64,000 nucleotides of DNA from assembly GCA_004764695.1 (NCBI GenBank), contig SMSO01000036.1, forward strand, positions 2,604,001-2,668,000, given 5' to 3'. This document shows, piece by piece, positions 1-10,600 of the stretch. The notes beneath the pieces are model-generated. The model worked only from the letters and a program-made list of their open reading frames with translations, searched no databases and had not been told where the DNA came from. Position 1 is the stretch's first letter. Every line of letters begins with the position of its first letter. The DNA is from Schizochytrium sp. TIO01 (taxonomy: Eukaryota; Protista; Bigyra: Labyrinthulomycetes). The translations under genes and the position numbers were made by a program.

Positions 1-341
1 AGGCTTTGAGACTTTCCTGTGTCCGACACAGACTGTTCATCATCATCATCTTCTTCTTCTTCCTCTTCTTCGTCCTCGAAATTGTCAACATTATTGAAGT
101 CTTCGCTTTTTCTAATCCGTTCCAAGCGGCGACGACGACGTCTGAAAGGCGTACTTTCGTGTTTGCGTCGCTTAAGACGCCTCTGACGATGCCCGTCAAG
201 ATCTTCCTCTTCCTCCGAGGACCCTTGCGAGTCTGCGCTGTTGGCCTCATTCACAGAGCTTGAGACCACCACATCTTCTTCGCCGGCCGAAAGCTCTTTG
301 TGTCGCCTCCTCGTAGATCGTTTTCTGGGGTCTTTGGCCAT
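1..341 (-). CDS. Partial (5' portion) CDS of a low-complexity acidic/basic protein, running off the window start
   Basis: Minus-strand frame from ATG at 341 is open to position 1: MAKDPRKRSTRRRHKELSAGEEDVVVSSSVNEANSADSQGSSEEEEDLDGHRQRRLKRRKH...EDEEEEEEEDDDDEQSVSDTGKSQS. It has NLS-like basic runs and acidic tracts. The true start is uncertain. Confidence 0.5.
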   Translation of the reverse strand, partial: MAKDPRKRSTRRRHKELSAGEEDVVVSSSVNEANSADSQGSSEEEEDLDGHRQRRLKRRKHESTPFRRRRRRLERIRKSEDFNNVDNFEDEEEEEEEDDDDEQSVSDTGKSQS

Positions 342-608
342 GTTATTGCCCTCTGCAACTGCGAAGCTTCTTTGTTGTTCTCCCCTCAGAGCCGCGGCAG
401 CACTTCGCCTGTTGCCAGCGCAGCAAGGAAAGTACTTGCTTCTTCGATAATCTAGTTTGCCAAAGAGACTTTGTGTGGAATGATGTTTGAGACTCGACGG
501 TATAACAAAAACCATTAAAAGTTCTTATATTTCGTAGTGTTTGTTTCATATACATCATATATTATGCTTATTTAGGTCTTTGATAAGAAGTGGAGGTTAG
601 GTAAGAAA

Positions 609-1293
609 ATGGGTTCCTCGCCAAGCTCCAGACGCTGCAAGTGGCGCAAATCTCCAATACAAACCAGCAAAGTTCTTTCACCAGAAGTTTGGGGTCTCGG
701 CAAGCGCCCTTCGGGGCTGGGCCGATGGCGGACGCGTGCGCTGCGCGCACCTCCCCGGAGGCAAGCGGATCTACGCCAGCGACGCTGTCGAGCGCATCTT
801 TGATTGCGGTTCCACCGGCCGCGAGCAACGCAGCTCTGGACATACCGTTATGTACGCCAGAGTGTCCTCGACCAAGCTAAAGGAGGACCTCGAACGCTAG
901 GTTGGCGATCTCCAGCGCGCCTACCCAGATGCTTCCGCCGTCTTCAAAAACATCGGCAGCGGGGTCAACTTCAAACGCCAAGGCCTGTGCTCCCTACTGG
1001 ACGCTTGCGACCGCGGAGGAATCCGCCAAGTTGTGGTCATGCACCGCGACCGACTTGCGCGAATCGCAGTCGACCTCTTGGAACACTTTTTCGAAAGAAA
1101 AATGTCAAACTCTTGGTACACGGCCAAGATGCACATGCCGGAGACTCAGACACCTAAAGACCTCCTCGGAATCATCACCGTCTTTGTATCATTGCATCAC
1201 GGAAAACGAGCAGCGCAAAATAGACGGCGACGACACAGCGAGGAAGAAGCGAGCTCGCACGAAGGCGCGCAAGACCACCAAGAAAGAATATAA
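609..1293 (+). pseudogene. tnpA: IS607-type TnpA (MerR-like HTH + serine recombinase), disrupted
   Basis: Frame starting at 658 reads YKPAKFFHQKFGVSASALRGWADGGRVRCAHLPGGKRIY...VMYARVSSTKLKEDLER*VGDLQRAYP...KNIGSGVNFKRQGLCSLLD...VVVMHRDRLARIAVDLLEHFF. After frameshifts it continues KNVKLLVH and DLLGIITVFVSLHHGKRAAQNRRRR. YARVSS (catalytic Ser), GSG.NFKR.GL and RDRLAR are IS607 resolvase motifs. Premature TAG at 898-900 and a frameshift near 1100. Confidence 0.9.
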
Positions 1294-2572
1294 CCTTGTC
1301 CGTGCCAGAAAGGTTAGAGTATACCCTACTGAACACAATTGCTTAAATGGTTTGGTGTCACTAGAAGAGCCTCTAATACTGGCGTTGCGTTTCATCGAGA
1401 TGTGGCAAAGGGTGAGGAGGAAGCCATCAAATTGCATCAAGAGTCGTGCCTTAAGAAGGATATTAAAACGAAGCAGGTTTTAGTAGACGAAAATGGGAAT
1501 CCCCAAACGCATGGTGCCCTCTATGGAGAAAAGAAGGTTGTTCGATATAAAGAAAGGAATGATGCTTCTGAATGGGTTCTCGAGGTCTTACAAGTTATCT
1601 GTGATTCCGGGGTTCTGGATTTCTTCAAGGCTCTTGACTCGGGACGAGCCAAAAACGAAGAACTCTCTGTACAAAAGAAAATTCATGAGCAATCTTTTTA
1701 TAAGTTTCGAACCAAGCGTGATGAATCGCAGATTTTCGAAGTGAATGCACGTACCTGGAATTTGAAGAAATCAAAGACCTCCAACTTTCTTTTTAAAAAA
1801 TCCGTTCGCGCAAAGAAAAGTTCCGATGACCAGATTTCGAACGCAATGCGTGTGCAAATGAATCGCCTTGGGCATGTCTACTTCTTCTTCTTACAAGAAG
1901 AAAAAAAGCGTCCACTGGATCAGGCGCCCAATGCGCACCACAGTGTCGTTGCCCTTGATCCAGGCGTACGTACATTTCAAACGATGTATGACGCTGATGG
2001 TCGTGCCATTGAATGGGGCACAGAGAAAGATTTTAGAACCATATTCTATCTCTGCCGCCGCGTTGAAGATCCAGAGCAGGATTGATAAAGCTCAAGAGAA
2101 TAATAAGAAAACTGCATCCAGTGATAAAGACAACTTTAACACTCCCTTGAAGCGCGCTTTATATCGCGCCCAACTCAAGGTCAAGAACAAGACCACTGAG
2201 ATTCACCGCAAGCTCGCGCTTTGGCTTTGTGAAAACTATCGTGTTATTCTCTTGCCTAAATTCGAAACCTCCAAGATGAGTAGGAAGATGGAGCGACGGA
2301 TCTCCAAGAAGTCTGTTCGAATGATGTGTCGATGGCGCCACTTTAGGTTCCGCCAGACTCTCATTCATAAGGCTGAAATGTTCCCGTGGTGCAAGCTTGT
2401 TCTTTATCAAGAGAGCTACACTTCAAATGAATGTGGTGCCCTCCACCATAAACTCGGTGCATCCAAGGTTTTCCAATGCCCTAATTCCAAGTGCAAACAT
2501 GTAGCAGACCGTGATGTCTATGCCGCCAAAGGCATCCTTTTACGCTACCTATCCAAGGAAATGATTTTTTAA
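1199..2572 (+). pseudogene. tnpB: Fanzor2 / IS607-TnpB-like RNA-guided RuvC nuclease, frameshifted
   Basis: Three frame pieces join into one protein. N-terminus: RARKVRVYPT...LKWFGVTRR. RuvC-I: VVALDPGVRTFQTMYD. Then ENYRVILLPKFETSKM, WRHFRFRQTL and ESYTS (shifted RuvC-II Glu), a zinc finger CGALHHKLG..FQCPNSKC, and RuvC-III DRD..AAKGILLR. Frameshifts at about 1335 and 2065. One zinc-finger Cys appears deleted. Possible decayed start (ACG at 1199). Confidence 0.88.
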
Positions 2573-2732
2573 AAAACCATTTCATTGAGTCGCTCTAAGT
2601 AGCTCATGATGGGGGTCTTAGCTCCCTGTATGAAATGCAAGTTGTGCAAATTTTGTAGTTAAATCACTAAGAGAATAGATTGGTAGTTAGATATCTATAC
2701 TAGTTTCTTTAAAAGTAGAGTCAATGGATGAC

Positions 2733-2774
2733 AAGGCAGAATCCGCTTGTCAAAAGGCAGAATCCGCTTGTCAA
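2733..2774. repeat. Perfect 21-bp tandem duplication
   Basis: aaggcagaatccgcttgtcaa x2. Confidence 0.9.
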
Positions 2775-3183
2775 TTTAAGTAGGTATTGCTAGGCATACA
2801 CTGATTGAGTTAAAGATTTAAACGTGATACATATGATTATGAGCATGCATCCTTTGTCGAACACAACAAACGACACTGTTACGCATGAGGGACAGTATTT
2901 TATAGCTACTATCTACTAGGGCACTTCGGAAGAATAGCAGGTGTGAGATTTATTGCTTTTGTGAAGATTCCAAACTTGTCGTTTTCACTTTTCTATGTCA
3001 AACACTTGAAGATGACTATTGTGATGAAAGATTTTGCTGAGAGTACTAAAACAAAGATTGTTGAATATTTGTCATCATCGTGGTGCTTATAAAAGATGCA
3101 TTTTCTTGCGGAAAGGAACGATAGAGCTACACGAAAGAGAATGAGGATGAACTGACGTGTGATGCGAGGCATGAAACACTTGA

Positions 3184-4221
3184 TTATTTAAGACTCAATG
3201 CAGACGATATACCACTGCCTTCGGCATCTCTCTTTTCTGCATTTCGGATGGTTCGTCGCATTGAAGAGCCCTTTCCACTGGAGCTTAGCTTCTGAGGCAA
3301 CGTTTTCCATGTTTTAGGGCTCCAAACAGCACTCGTAATTGCCATAAGCCCAGCGTAGTTACAAATGCTGTCGATCGGGGTTGCCATGAGCTGAATAATT
3401 TGAAGGTGATATTGATCACTCCGCATACCATGAAAGTTTGTATATACAGGGATAAATGTGATTGTTCCCATGACTCCAGCAGTCGTAATCAACGTGAAAG
3501 ATGACCAGAACAGATTTTTCAAGGCAATTCGCTTCAGCTTGCTTGTACTGTCCATTTCACGTATATTGCGTGATGCGCTCATTAGACTTACTTGCGAAAT
3601 GACAGGGACAAGAAAAAGAATGAGAAACACCGCTGAAAAAGTAATATCTGCCGAGAAAAACATCAGTCCAATCCACCATGGATATGTCATTACACATACG
3701 TGATTAGGTAGGGAGAGTCCCCGTACAGTAAGAAGGAGCCAGATAATGAATATCGGCATCGCGTATGTACCATACATTGCAAATTTTCTCAACAGATGTA
3801 AACGAGATTTCTTCTGAGCTATACCAATCTTGCAACGTTGAAGGAAGATTAAATAGGTACAAGCGTGTGCGGCGACATAGAAAAAGGGAGGCATAGATCC
3901 TCCGAAAGAGCACCCTAACCATCTTGCTTCTGAGAACTTGTCGATTGCTAAAATAAGCAACGAGATGTCAAGGCCAAACATAAAAAGCAAGTAGAAGTTG
4001 AGCATGACGTATACTTTTATTTGCGAAGGCTTAAGTCTTTTGTAACAAAATATGTGCAAATATATGATTGTGCCTGCGCAAAGAAGGATCCCACAGCCTG
4101 CAAAACATGCCTGCACTGTTAGCATGACATCAATAGTAGATGTAGCTACGAAATCATCATCATAACTCAGTGTGGTGTTGGCCGTACGCGCGACAACCTC
4201 ATCGAAGAACCACCCCATCAC
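3184..4221 (-). CDS. Seven-transmembrane (GPCR-like) membrane protein, 345 aa
   Basis: Intact ORF with seven hydrophobic segments, Cys residues in the predicted extracellular loops, and a Ser/basic C-terminal tail. Family not identified. Confidence 0.8.
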   Translation of the reverse strand: MMGWFFDEVVARTANTTLSYDDDFVATSTIDVMLTVQACFAGCGILLCAGTIIYLHIFCYKRLKPSQIKVYVMLNFYLLFMFGLDISLLILAIDKFSEARWLGCSFGGSMPPFFYVAAHACTYLIFLQRCKIGIAQKKSRLHLLRKFAMYGTYAMPIFIIWLLLTVRGLSLPNHVCVMTYPWWIGLMFFSADITFSAVFLILFLVPVISQVSLMSASRNIREMDSTSKLKRIALKNLFWSSFTLITTAGVMGTITFIPVYTNFHGMRSDQYHLQIIQLMATPIDSICNYAGLMAITSAVWSPKTWKTLPQKLSSSGKGSSMRRTIRNAEKRDAEGSGISSALSLK

Positions 4222-4322
4222 TAATTAAAATAGATTGACACGAGACACTGTTTCACGTTAGCACACGCAAGTAAGGACTGGCATGAATCATATTTGATAC
4301 TTGGTCCTAGTGGTGTTGAATT

Positions 4323-4346
4323 TAACCTAACCTAACCTAACCTAAC
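4323..4346. repeat. Short interstitial (CCTAA/TTAGG)n telomere-like tract
   Basis: taacctaacctaacctaacctaac, about 4.5 units. Confidence 0.6.
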
Positions 4347-5269
4347 GGATATCTTCAGCTCGACATGATACATTTATCCTGCCTGTATCCAGAACCAAAA
4401 CCTCAAAAATCTAAACATCATCCTTTTCTCTTGCACCTGAGCTCGGAATCCTTATCAGACTACCGCTGCGCGCTCTGCAACACAAACTGATCTGCAATGC
4501 GCTCACATCAATGTACACTAAATTGCATTGTTTCCAGCTTTTACCCGACTATGACCCTCAATATGGAACCAACGAATATTTTCCCTGGTTTGTTTCTTGA
4601 CGCAGATACTCTTACTGAAAAATTAATTAACCTTGTGTGAACAGTGACACAGCTGGAATCTTTAATCTAAGTGTACTAGTGGACACGATATTGCCAAAGT
4701 CCAAGGCGTCACATTGTAAGATCTCAAGGTTTTAGGACTAATATGGAATTGGCCTAGACAACCAGACTTGCGAAGTTGAGAAGAATCAAAGTTTACATAC
4801 ACATTCCCTAGAGTCAAGAGTGATGGAATCTGGAGTGGTAGTTGAAGAGGCGAGTTAACCATATCATGACCTCCAGTAAGTAAGACAATCCATAGTAGGT
4901 ACCGAGGTACGGTCCAACGATTGAATTAAGCTATAAAACACCAAGCTGGCTTATTATTGTAATGGCCGGCAAGTACATTATTTCACAGTACAGGACAGTG
5001 ATCTCGAGGAGGTACAGCTGCAATCTAGTAGGTACTTTTAGGATTAAAAGCAGAGAAGATGATAAAATGTCAGACCCACACCAAAACCTTACATTTACAA
5101 GACATCTAGTTGACAACGGTTCTATTTAAGCAGAGAATGAAGTCGAATAAAACTCAATATACTCAAAACCGCCAGGAAGGGCCTACATGGCCTGTTGGAC
5201 ATTCTGTCAGAAGCTTTGCACGAGAGGGGAACGGGAAAATGAAAAGAAAGATGAAAGAAGTTATTGATT

Positions 5270-7390
5270 TTAACTAGACTCACTGGTTAGAGTTGCTTTA
5301 ATGCTGAGACCCGCTTTGTTGTTGCTGGGATTGCTGCGAAAGTAAATGACCATCTGTTGGGCCTGTGCATCAAGCGCCACATCACTGACGTCTCCAGAAT
5401 ACGTATCACGAAGCATTGTATCCACAGAACTTGCCTTCAAAGTCGTAAAGTTCGCCAAAGAAGGGGAGAGCACATCGTACACCTCTAGAACATCCTTCTT
5501 CTTTTGAGTCGTTCCATCAACAACCAAACCAATAGTTCCTCCATTGGGAGCACGAATAATCCAACAAATATCAGCGTTTGATGAATATTTTGCTGCATCT
5601 TCATTGGTGCTTAATGTAACGGTTTCGCCTGAAACCTGCAAGTCCACGATGGAATTGTCCTCGTCAATCAAGCATTTATCACTCCAAGATGTGGACAAGA
5701 GATTCGGACACTGGCTTGCCTTTGTGACACACTTGAGACTGGCTGAGTCAAAGATGTCACCATCCTCGCATCGGCAGTAGGTTTCAAGAAATGCCTTTTC
5801 TTCAGCGTACGTGTAGTTCTCTTGAGGGTCAGGAAGAGTAATGCAGACGCGCTCGGCGCTACTAGAGCACTTAGCGCTCAACTTTGTGCCTCCACATTCC
5901 TTTTCACAGCTTGGACGATAGCATTGGGCAAGAATCATGTTGTTGGGACAAGAGGGATACGCATCAACATTATCAGGAAGAACACTTTGTGTTGGCGCAG
6001 GAGTTGGCTTTGTTGGTCTGGAAGTTGGAGCAGGGGTTGGACTTTTTGTAGGCCTAGGTGTCGGGTTCATTGTAGGTTTAGGCGTTGGAGACAAAGTAGC
6101 CCAGTTCGGAAGCGAGCTTGTGCACGACGATGATGAGCTTGCTTGCATAGCTGCACAATAAGAAACCTTTGAAGCTGCCACACTTGTAGCATTTACACTA
6201 ACGGGAGTGTCGCTGTAGATAAGACAAGTGCCAGAGCTTGAGCTTTCTCCAGAGAAGCCAAATGAGAGGCAGAAGGAGTTCTTCTGGCACCTATTGATAC
6301 ACTCCGAGAGAGAGATATCACTTAATCCGAAATTGTCGCCCGTGTATTGAGTGTCGCTGAGATTCAGTGGATTGGCAAAGAGGCAGGATCCTTCTCCTAC
6401 TAATTCTGGGCAAGTTGCTGTTTCTTCCTTGCTAGGCACTGCATACATACAAATAGCGGGACCTCGCTTTCCCATTTCCATCTTAGCTCTACCATATGTG
6501 TCTTTAATGACACTAAGGCGTCCCTTTTTTGTCATTATTAAAGGATAGCCATAGTAGCACTTTCGGGAATCTGTTTTGTAGAAGGACGAATAGAGATCGC
6601 TGCTGTAGCCAGACTTAGAATCAGTATAAGAGTTATCTGTTCCTGTAGCTGTGTATTCGTCCTGATCTTCAGACGAACTTGCAGAATCTGAGCGCAGATT
6701 AAGGTAGGTGTCAGAAGAACCATAGTCTTCGTTTTTATTATCTTTCCAAGCGGCGGAAGAGTACTCATCGGAGCTAAGGCCTTGGTAAAATGCAGTGGAT
6801 TCATACTCACCATAATCTTCTCTCTCCCAAGACGTCGAATTCCAGTCGTCCGGAGCTTCGTATCCGTCATAGCGATTGCCACCTTTCCAGGCCCACGGCA
6901 AAACTCTATCGGTACTGTAGTCGTCAGCATCACATTCATTGCCAAAAAACACTGCAGATTTCAGCTGTTGTGTTAAATTCTTAGCCTGAAGAACGGTCAA
7001 AGTTGTTGGATCAACTACCTTGCGGACAGGGCCAATTTCATAGTGTCGACGAGGCTCCCATCCAATGTAGGCGAATGGAATGTTTGATGTCTTGATCAAT
7101 TTGCGAAGGGCCGACACATGAGCCTTGGAGCGAACCACAAGGGGCTCAACATTACGAGCATTGGGATAGCGGTTTGTGCAAAAGGTTTTATTCTCGTATT
7201 CGTAGTACTGTTTCTCATACGGAATTCGAAGGTTCATCTGTGGATAACCAATACAGACACCTACGACAGTGTTGTCCTCAGCTTTGGCTGCTCCAAAGTA
7301 CCATCCTTCAGGACACCGAGAGCCTGCGTTGACAAAGGTCAACTGGCACAAACAAAAAGCGAGTAAGACAGCTGTCCGCGACATAGTCAA
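5270..7390 (-). CDS. Secreted modular Cys-rich protein (signal peptide, C-type-lectin-like N-terminus, PAN/apple-like, PT-rich linker, TIL-like, CUB-like C-terminus), 706 aa
   Basis: Signal peptide AVLLAFCLCQLTFVNA, then CPEGW. PAN-like: ECINRCQKNSFCLSFGF..GTCLIY. Linker of PTPKPT repeats. TIL-like: CPNNM...C.PSC...C.C.DG......CV...QC. CUB-like: YSSNADICWII.AP...DVLEVYD...YSG...MVIYFRSN.SNNKAG. Confidence 0.85.
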   Translation of the reverse strand: MTMSRTAVLLAFCLCQLTFVNAGSRCPEGWYFGAAKAEDNTVVGVCIGYPQMNLRIPYEKQYYEYENKTFCTNRYPNARNVEPLVVRSKAHVSALRKLIKTSNIPFAYIGWEPRRHYEIGPVRKVVDPTTLTVLQAKNLTQQLKSAVFFGNECDADDYSTDRVLPWAWKGGNRYDGYEAPDDWNSTSWEREDYGEYESTAFYQGLSSDEYSSAAWKDNKNEDYGSSDTYLNLRSDSASSSEDQDEYTATGTDNSYTDSKSGYSSDLYSSFYKTDSRKCYYGYPLIMTKKGRLSVIKDTYGRAKMEMGKRGPAICMYAVPSKEETATCPELVGEGSCLFANPLNLSDTQYTGDNFGLSDISLSECINRCQKNSFCLSFGFSGESSSSGTCLIYSDTPVSVNATSVAASKVSYCAAMQASSSSSCTSSLPNWATLSPTPKPTMNPTPRPTKSPTPAPTSRPTKPTPAPTQSVLPDNVDAYPSCPNNMILAQCYRPSCEKECGGTKLSAKCSSSAERVCITLPDPQENYTYAEEKAFLETYCRCEDGDIFDSASLKCVTKASQCPNLLSTSWSDKCLIDEDNSIVDLQVSGETVTLSTNEDAAKYSSNADICWIIRAPNGGTIGLVVDGTTQKKKDVLEVYDVLSPSLANFTTLKASSVDTMLRDTYSGDVSDVALDAQAQQMVIYFRSNPSNNKAGLSIKATLTSESS

Positions 7391-7658
7391 GCACTTTTAA
7401 GCAACGTTGCTTCTTCTTAGTTCTGTTCACACCCTACTTGAAATCCAAGTTCCGGGTTTGCCTACCTGGCAAAGAAATCTAGATACGCGAGATTAATTGT
7501 CTTCCTTTTCCTTTTCTTTTTTCTACTACTTAGTAAATATTTGTCAGGTCTTGTAAATAGTTGATATCTAGCATTTATTATGATCCATACTCTCTGAGAT
7601 GTAAGTATATTCGATTAACGTCAATAACTACTGAACCTGGCTGGAAACAAAAAATATT

Positions 7659-7691
<33 letters not shown>

Positions 7692-10600
7692 GTGCTAGTT
7701 TTGTCGTCACAAGCGTAAAATTATGCACGCTGCGAAACAACTTTATCCTTCGTATTCGCCAACTACAAAGTTCAAGACAGAAAGTGAGATAAACTAGTTT
7801 TCTTCGATTCTCTAAGTTTTTTTATTTCTTTTCGCCCTGTTTGGACTTTGAGAGGATAGAGAGATATGTGGTCTACTCCTCTGAAGCAAAGTGTTTTGAG
7901 CGGGGGTTGTTTTAGATCTCAGCATGTGCAAGATTCAGGGCCTGTTCCAATGTTTATGGAAGGAAGCTTAATCAAACAGTTGTGGTGTGAAATTCCCTCC
8001 CGAGAATACGATTGAAGATCTCTCAAGAAAGAAAATGAGCTTGAGATCTTCGCAGTCCATTCAAGTGAATTCATTAGTCATTACCCTGATGGAAATGTTC
8101 TGTCGAAGTCTCTTTCTTGGATCTTCGTTATTGAATAACAGTAATGCCTGACAACACCCAGTGTCTACCATATTCATACTTTCCAAGTCATAGGGAATGC
8201 AAGGCCACTGGGGCTGCGCTGGAAAATATCGAGATTGCAGGTGGCCGCAGAGAATTCAGTGATATGGTAGTCACGGCTGATGGCTGCATGAGTCTGGAAA
8301 CCGGACAGGAAATCCTCTCCATGCAACTGCGCTAGGTCTAAATGAGAATACTTTGATTATGCGTATGTGATATCGAAGAAGTCACGATCGGCATTTATCG
8401 ACTCTTGAAGATGGACTAGCGAACAAGGATATTTTGCGGGAGATATTGTTTTCGTCAGACTCCCGGACATCCCAGTGGGTTCACGTAAATTTCAATTTGA
8501 CTAATATTCAATATCTCACGAGTACTAACAGAAAACTATAACTTCCGGATATCATGGCCACGGGGGTGAGTGTATAGACTGTTTTGGCTTTGTGGCCTTT
8601 AATAAAAATAAAATGAGATATCTCTTTCTCCATTACTAGGTCTACTCACCGATTCAGACCGGTTGCTTTGGCCATTTAAAACTCGTCAAGGTTTATTAAA
8701 GGGGTATGTTGGGTATTCAAGCTATGATTTAGGAATTTTTGATCAGCCGGGACGCGCGCTCTTTATTCCGCCAAATACGTGATAAGTCTGCAAAGTTGGA
8801 AGATTGATTTCGAAAGAAATCCAATGAGGAAAAAACATATTTACATTTTTTTTTTAATGCGGAGGGAAGCAGGCAAAGACAAGACGTCACCAAATTACTG
8901 GTGGTGATGCCTTGTAGTGCAGCATGGTGCACCTAATTGCGAAACTAAAGTGTTGTCCCAGAGTCTATCCTAAATGAGGTGTCTTTTTCTTCTTCTTTTT
9001 GGGAAATGAAATGAAAAATATTCAATTTGTGTGCTGAGGTACTATCATGTTGACAAATCCAAAGCACAAGGCGCGCGTTCACCAGTCACCAACCACCTAC
9101 AATCTTTCAGGAAACTGTTTGCATAGCAAAACGATGCAACAAAGGAAAGACAAAAGAAAGAGCAAAAGAGATTCTGAGTGTTTGGAAAACATTATTCGTA
9201 TCTAGCCCTAAATATGGTGAAAAACTTTCTCCAATGTTTTGTCCAGCTAATCCCATGTTGCGAGAAACTAAAGGAGCTAGGATTGGGTAGTGTCAATTTG
9301 TTGTTTTTTTCACTTATTAATAAGAAAGTAAAATGGCTGTGTATCCCTTAGTCCAAATATAGTATTATTCCTAGTTAGTGAAATAGGAGAAGCAGAAAGG
9401 GCCAGGAAACTTCACCTTTTATGATAGTCTAATATCACGTGCAACAGGTGAAATACAGAGCGACAGATACTAGGGATACTTATAATGTTTAGTATTGATA
9501 TTAAAAGAACAAGTATTAGGTTTCTTGATTCGGGGTCTCAACTTCGAGTGGAACCTGTGCAAATCACGATGATAAAGAGGACAATGCTATCTCTACCTAT
9601 CGATGTTGGAGATTTGGAAATTTGGAGAATAGCGATGTGATTCTTGATCGTGATAGCCTCGATTGTTGCATCAGGTTCGTTAGAGAAGATCAAATCATGC
9701 TCATTAAAGATCTCTAATATGAAGATAGAGTGCTTTAATTTTCTTAGAAATTCGAATTGAGGTTATTCTATACATGTGTAGCTTAGTGTTTAGGACTAGG
9801 ATGTTAAGCTACGTGTTGGAACCGAATACCTCTTTTCATATATCAACTTTCTATTAGAAGTTTTTTTTTTAATGACGACTTTTAAATTACAGCTCAGAGC
9901 GTGCATGGAGTGCCACAAAGGTGGTTCTCCTCAACTGTACTTCGCCTCAACCTATCTGTCAAATCTGAAATCGCCAAATGTAAGCTCTGATCAGCATCAA
10001 TTAGAATTACATTTATTAGAAGGAGGACGAGAAAAGTCAGTCACAAAATAGAAGCAACATGTATTTAATATCCAGAGAAAAGTATAGTAAAAAGGAAAGT
10101 TATTGAAACGACTCACGTGCTTGAAACATGACTACTAGGTAGTAAGCTACCTTTCTTTTAATTACAAAACAATTCTACTCTTTAACTTTTTCTGCATCTA
10201 ACTAACTACTCTCCCTGGTATAGTTGAAGGTAGTTACTGGGTAGTAATGATAGTTATAGTTGTTTTTCGCTCAGGAGTCTTATTAGAATCCAGGATTTGT
10301 CCATTCAAACATATAGGTTGAGAGCTCGAAAGAGAAGGTATCATGCATATTCGTATGCTACCAGTGGTTATACTTTGTCAACATGAGCGTTTTACTCGAG
10401 GAGATGATGTGCAGATGGTCTCTGGCTAATTAATTATGAACGTGCCAGAGTCGAAAGTATTAATGGTAAATTTTTAACTTCAAAAAAAGTTAGAGAGAAA
10501 AGAAAAAGCTGAACGGAGAAATTGAGAAAAGAGCTACTGAATCCAATACCTTCCGCTACCCCAATTAATCCTGTTTCAGATTCGGTTGAAACTCATGTCA

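Larger units (their letters stand above)
600..2660 (+). mobile_element. Decayed IS607-family element (TnpA serine recombinase + Fanzor2/TnpB nuclease); ends approximate
   Basis: Overlapping tnpA-like and tnpB-like reading frames in the IS607 order. The tnpA part is more GC-rich than the flanks. Termini cannot be resolved from a single copy. Confidence 0.85.
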
